DNA from: the human T2T-CHM13v2.0 reference genome, Homo sapiens
DNA length: 64,000 bases
Direction: 5' to 3' (one strand)
Assembly (NCBI RefSeq): GCF_009914755.1
Contig: NC_060927.1
This document shows positions 58,425-64,000 of the stretch, piece by piece. Each line of letters opens with the position of its first letter. Positions within the stretch are counted from its first letter, which is position 1. The translations under genes were made by a program, and so were the position numbers. The notes beneath the pieces are model-generated. The model saw nothing but the letters and a program-made list of their open reading frames with translations, made no database searches and was not told where the DNA came from.

Positions 58425-58779
58425 TGTACTAGTTTGTTTTTATGCTGCTAATAAAGACATACCCGAGACTGGGAAGAAAAAGAGGTTTAATTGGACTTAT
58501 AGTTCCACATGGCTGGGGAGGAGTCAAAATTATGATGGGAGGAAAAATGCACTTTTTACATGACAGCGGCAAGAGAAAATGAGGAAGATGAAAAAGCAGA
58601 AAGTCCTGATAAAACCGTCAGGTCTCATGAAACTTATTCACTACCATGAGAACAGTATGGGGGACACTGCCCCCATGATTCAAATTATTTCCCACTAGGT
58701 CCCTCCCACAACATGTGGGAATTATGGGAGTACAATTCAAGATGAGATTTGGGTGGGGACACAGAGCCAAACCATATCA
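58425..58779 (-). mobile_element. THE1C-like MaLR solo LTR
   Basis: 'gctgctaataaagacatacccgagactgggaagaaaaagaggtttaattggactta...gagccaaaccatatca'. Confidence 0.92.
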
Positions 58780-59714
58780 ACCATTAAGGAAAAGATTGAT
58801 AAATCCTTTCACTATTTACCATGAAGAGAATAAAAAGACAAGCCATAAACTGAGAGAGAATATTAATGTTATATATATAATGAAAAATTTATGTGAATAT
58901 ACTGTATAAACAGACACATAACTGACATGACTCAATAAGGAAGATAATGCAATAGGAAAATTGGCAAGGGTCATCAACAAGCAGTTCACAGAAGAGAAAA
59001 CATGTATGATGAATTACCTTATGAAAATGTGCTAAGCCTTTGTAGTAAGCAGAGAAATGGAAATTAAGAACACAATAAAATATTTTTTTACTTTCCTTAA
59101 ATTATGGGGTCTGACAATAACAAGGATGGCTGAAGATTTAGCATAATGGGAAATCTCATGCATTACTAGTGAGATTGTTCATAGAAGCATTATTTATGAT
59201 GGCAAAACAATAAAAGCAAACCAACATTCATTGGTAAGATAACTGATGTATTGTGATATATTCATTAACTGTACTATTTTTACACATTAATAAAAAATAA
59301 ATTAACTATAGATACAAGTGACAGCACAGTTGAGCAAAACTGTTTGATACAGACATATATGATCAATCTATCCTTAACAAAAAGCAAGAGAATGACAAAT
59401 ATAAAATGCAAGATAGTGGTTACCTTCAGGGAGGAGTCAGGAAGCTGAGCCAGAGAAGGATCATGTGAGGATATTGGTAATAGTCTAGTTCTTTGGTGGT
59501 AGATTTTTATGTGCTTCTTTTATTAGGCATTACCATGTGGATGTGTGCTATGAATGGTTGTGTATAGCAAATATTCCATGATATAAATAAAAAATATATT
59601 TTAAATGTCATGATATGGGAACCCAGATATATTCAACACTCTGAAACTAGCCCCATTTTAATTGCAGTATTGATGAACAAGGATTTAAGTCATCAATAGA
59701 ATGTACTGACAAAA

Positions 59715-59925
59715 CTTGTGCTCAAATCTGGACTTGACCATTGACTAACTGTGGGATATTGGTAAATTTTCTTAATTTCTCTTTGCTTTGGTTTTCTCAT
59801 CTATAAAACTAGGATAAAAATGGACCTTGCTTTACAGGGTTGTTATGAAAATCATATAAAACAATGGGGATAAAGTTCTTCATAACAATTGCTTGAACAT
59901 GCAGTAAGCACCTAGTGAATGTGAT
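59715..59925 (+). mobile_element. MIR SINE
   Basis: 'ttttctcatctataaaactaggataa...acagggttgttatga'. Confidence 0.75.
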
Positions 59926-59929
59926 GTAT

Positions 59930-60245
59930 TTAGATTAGACAGAGGCCTGAAATGTACTTAGGCAAGTGCTGTCTTGCCCATCTGTCATTGCCCTGAAAAG
60001 GCCTTGCTCCCAGGTAGCTGCTGCCCCTTTTGCCTGGGTTCTAGAATGAACACACATGAGCCCAGCCCGCACTGAGGATCTAAGCCCAAGTGAGCTTGCA
60101 GTTTGAAACAGAGCTGCCTGCCTGAGCCCAGACTCAATTGACAAATCCCCAGCTGACATGCTGGTTGAAGAATTGAGAATAAATAATTGTGTTAAGCCTA
60201 TGAGTCTTAGAGCATTTTGTTTATAAAAGTAGTTGACCAATACAT
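59930..60245 (+). mobile_element. Old MLT1 (I/J-like) LTR fragment
   Basis: 'cccagctgacatgc...gagaataaataattgtgttaagcc...gttgaccaataca'. Confidence 0.55.
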
Positions 60246-61489
60246 GAGCTGCTATTATTGTTATAATAATTATTATTTATATTAAAGATAACAAAGATAG
60301 TTGCTCTTGGGTCTGCAATGTTTATCTCATGCCCACTGGTTGTAAATAAACTGATTGTTTAATGCCTTAAAACATGGAGAACTTTCCATTTCTATCTTGA
60401 GCAACTGTCACAAGCATAAATGGCTTACTCACATCAGCTTCATCCCTCCTATATCTCCAGAACACACTGGGTTGTATCAGCTCTGCTTCAGCACACACTG
60501 CCATTGTGAAAAAGACCTGAGCACAGAGGAGAGACACGCTATCCCTAGTTTAGTGGAGTCAGTTGTGTAACTGGATGTTCCACATCAATATTATGAATGC
60601 CTCTTTTTGTTGTTAGAACATTGTACAGTCCATAAACCACTCATTCACGTATTGTCCTATTGATCTGCACTGCAATCTTCCCGATAGCCATGGTCAGGAT
60701 TATGCTGCCTCCTGTGTAATAAAAAGCCCTAATCTTTCAGCAGTTATAGTGACTTGACAAAGGCCACAAAGCTTGTACAGTACAAAAGGACTCAAATCTA
60801 CAACTTCTAATGCCAAACCCTGGCTTACTTTCACTGCCTCATGGATGCCTCTTAATGCTCACAATTTTCTTTCTCAAGAATAGACAATTTTCAATGAATT
60901 GGGTCAGCAACAGGTTGGGCCAGTCTCTTATGTGACCCTGGTGTCACAGGAAATGTGCTACCACATACATAGCGGCATTCTGTCATTCCTCTGTCAGACA
61001 CTGGAACTCACACAAATACACAAATTCTAAAACATTGACAGTGGCTTCTGGAACTCATAGTCTTTGCTGGTTTCTCAAACTGTTTTTGGTTAGAAGATTC
61101 GAAGGTTGGGGAGCAGATGAAGTAGGGACAGATCCTTATCTAAGGTACTTGGAAATATCTGAACCCAAACTATCCAATGCATTAATACAAGATTACAGAA
61201 TCAAGAAACCAAAGCCTGTTTCCATAGACTCGTTTGTAAATTCAGATATCATGTGAAATAAATTGACAAATGAATTTAATGTGTTTTCTTTAAAACTTCT
61301 GCACAACCAGTAAGAACATAAGGGAAGCTTTCCAAAGTATTGCCTCGGTTTATGACACAAGATGTCCTTGTGTGTAAAATTCTTTTAAATAGTTGCCTAG
61401 ATTTTTAATAATACACTTTATTTTTATCAAATAAAGCTGTGAGTTTCTGAACACTTCCTCTTTGGGAGAAAACTGGGTTCAATAATTTA

Positions 61490-61720
61490 GCATCGGAGTA
61501 AAGCACTGGGTATTTGTCTGTCTGGGTTATAATCTCATTTCCACCACCTACTGGTTGTGTGACTTTGGACAAGATGCTTCAGATTTCTAAACCTCAAGTT
61601 TCTCATCTATAAATTGGGACAATTAATAAGACTTTTCTCGTAGGTTTTTATGAGGATTAAACTAGGCAATTCATATACAGTGCTTAGAAAAACAGCTGGT
61701 ATAGTTGAAGGTCAAATCCT
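61490..61720 (+). mobile_element. MIR SINE
   Basis: 'tgtgtgactttggacaag...tttctcatctataaattggg...tgaggattaaa'. Confidence 0.8.
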
Positions 61721-62910
61721 AGCAATTTAGTAGTAATTGTTCCTCAAATTATTAGGAATTAGCTGGACATGATTTTTGGCAGGTGATTTCATTTTTGTCA
61801 TTGCTTCATCAGAGCGCTATAGTGTGTTTATTGCTTTATCTGAGTATTATGTGATGGTTAAAGAAGTTGTGCTTAAATCAGATTTTTGAGGTTTCAGATT
61901 GCATGCGCAAGAAACGGAACAATTTTAGTCTCTAGTGTCTTATTTTAAAAAATGCTGAAAAATAAGAGAATCCACCCCATAGGATCATTCATAAGATAAA
62001 GTGAGAAAATGGATATGGATGGCAAGCCCTTAGAAGAATGCCTTGAACACGCCGATTCCATAGTGACAAAACAACAGCAAGGGAGTTAGAATAAAGACCC
62101 AAAGTCTGTTATCTTTGTCTCCATTGGTCTGAAGGTGTTGACTCTGTAAACCTCTAACAAGAATATTTTAAACTCAAGTCACTGACATCTTTGTGCTGTT
62201 AGTTGCCAGTCCCTGGGTTGTCAGTCTCTGGCTCGTGTTGGGTTGCTCCACCTGCCCTTGGCTTTGGGCCCTTTCTCCCTAAAGGGGCATGTTTGGAGCT
62301 GAGCCAGAGTCCATATACTCACAGTGGGCACCACGGCTCACAGCTGCTGCCAGTGTGTTGCCCGGAACACACTCTCCTTGAGAGAGCTTCTCCAAGTTGT
62401 CATCCCAGTAGTGGTTGGAGTAGAAGATATCCCTTTTTCCAGCATTAGGCTACATTTCTGACAATTCGAAAAACCCATTTCCGCACAGCCCTGGTGCCAG
62501 CCCAGCCAGAATTTATCAACTCCAATCCCTTATCCATTCCTGCAATACTTCTATCTTTCACCCCAGGCTGTAAAAATCCAGGCCTATCCATATTTAAAGG
62601 TCTAGTCAGAACATTTCTTGCTTCACAGCTAATCAGAAATTCTCTCTTTTATTGAAACCTCTCATCACACTTTAAAAAGAATAAATCTAAGCTCTCTGTC
62701 ATGACCTGAAAGTCTTTTTCTGCCTCTCTGATTCTATTTCCTTCTTCATTTGTGTTCTTCAGTCACACAAATCCTTTGTATGTTCTTTGGACTTTCCAAG
62801 TTCATTATCTAGTGTAGCATTTGCTGTTTACCATGCTTGGAAAACTTGCTTCCAAAATCATCGCTTGGTTGGGTGTATTTTTTTCAGTTTTGAATCCTTT
62901 CCCCTCCATC

Positions 62911-62911
<1 letters not shown>

Positions 62912-62953
<42 letters not shown>
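62912..62953. repeat. (CAA)n trinucleotide repeat, ~14 units
   Basis: Direct reading. Confidence 0.95.
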
Positions 62954-62954
<1 letters not shown>

Positions 62955-62982
62955 GCGCAACTCACTTTCCAGTCAATCTTGA

Positions 62983-63068
62983 GTGGGGTTCTTGACTAGG
63001 GGTGCTGCCTCCACCCTCAACTGGGGGACATTAGGCAATCTCTGGAGACATTCTTAATTTTCACAACT
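62983..63068 (+). mobile_element. MER20 5' fragment
   Basis: 'gggggacattaggcaatctctggagacatt...tcacaact'. Confidence 0.7.
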
Positions 63069-63437
63069 TCTTTTCAACATAGTACTAGAAGCACTATCAG
63101 GAGCAATTAGACAAGAAAAATAAATGAAGGATATCTAAATTGGAAAAGAAAAAGTAAAATTGTCTCTATTTGCAGATGACATGATCCTATATATAGAAAA
63201 CCCCAAAGACTCCACCAAAAAACTTCTGTATCTAATAAATGAATTCATTAAAGTTGTGAAACATAAAATCAACATACAAAAAAATCCATGACATTTCTAT
63301 TTGCAAATATCAACCTACCTGAAAAAGAAATCAAGAAACACTCCCATCACTCCCATTTATGATAGTATCAAAAAGACTTCAAAATAAATTTAACTGAGAT
63401 GAAAGACCTATAAACTGGATACTATAAAACATTGATG
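63069..63437 (+). mobile_element. Internal L1M ORF2 (RT) fragment
   Basis: Encodes LFNIVLE...[24 protein letters not shown]. Confidence 0.85.
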
Positions 63438-64000
63438 TTGTTTTAAATCAACAATATATACTCTCTGCTTTACCTTGACTAATAAAGATAAAGCTTTTTA
63501 AAAAGCTTTTAAAAAACTAGTGAATTCAGATTTTTCTCTCATGAACCTATGCCTGACTTTACTCTCACCAAGAATGAATGCTAACTACAATTTACTTCTT
63601 TAGCTGTATGCTTTTCCAAAATTCTTTAAACACTTTCTAGCATATTCTAACATAAAATCATATATTCTTACTTGGAAGAACACTTTGTATTTGTGATAAA
63701 CCAGTCTAGAATAAATGAATTGTTATTAATCCAACTAATGACAGTAACTAATTAATTCACCTGTTTCTTCTAACAATTTCCTGATAAAATGTTTTCTTAT
63801 CTATCTGTTTTTTAACACAAATGTTGATATAATGATTTACTATGATAATATAGTTAACACAACTTTTTCCTTGTATATATTTTTTTATACCTCCTGGAAA
63901 TATAAACCTATGTTCTTCATGCTTATCTCCTTTATCTCTTGACAATTTTTTAGAACCAAAGATCTGATTTTGGTGACTAAGTGAAATAAAAAGAAACCAT

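Larger units (their letters stand above)
55835..59600 (+). mobile_element. Highly degenerate ancient L1M ORF2/3' region
   Basis: Residual motifs 'aacaaggcaaggatgc...ccaacattatggtgcaggtcccagccagtgca' and 'gcagttcacagaagag'. Confidence 0.65.

Noticed and set aside
63490-63509. 20-bp perfect palindrome aaagctttttaaaaagcttt
   Set aside because: Low-complexity AT-rich sequence explained by local slippage; no supporting context.
63440-64000. Possible ERV1 internal (MER-int) sequence
   Set aside because: Only a compositional impression, with no diagnostic motif.

Overview
Primate (most likely human) AT-rich, repeat-dense genomic DNA. I find no intact protein-coding gene; almost all ORF-track entries are repeat-derived or spurious. 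More than half the window appears to be transposable elements: a full-length L1PA6-like LINE-1 (41142-47282), a fragmented near-full-length ancient L1ME1-like element (~16620-29560) hosting about ten nested insertions, an L1MA2/L1PA10 nest, about nine Alus, MaLR/ERVL/ERVK solo LTRs and DNA-transposon fossils (Tigger2b, MER47A, MER44A, MER20, MER1A, MER85). The main discovery, missed by the ORF track, is a degenerate retrocopy of PECAM1 (CD31) at ~20369-22820. It has 5'UTR plus exons 1-4 precisely spliced (signal peptide, Ig domains 1-2). It then reads through an unspliced phase-1 GT donor into ~1.65 kb of intron-like sequence ending in ATTAAA plus an A-tract, all inserted into the L1ME1 endonuclease region. 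It looks like a fossil of an intronically polyadenylated, truncated two-Ig-domain PECAM1 transcript. All family and subfamily calls come from recalled consensus sequences, not from a database search.
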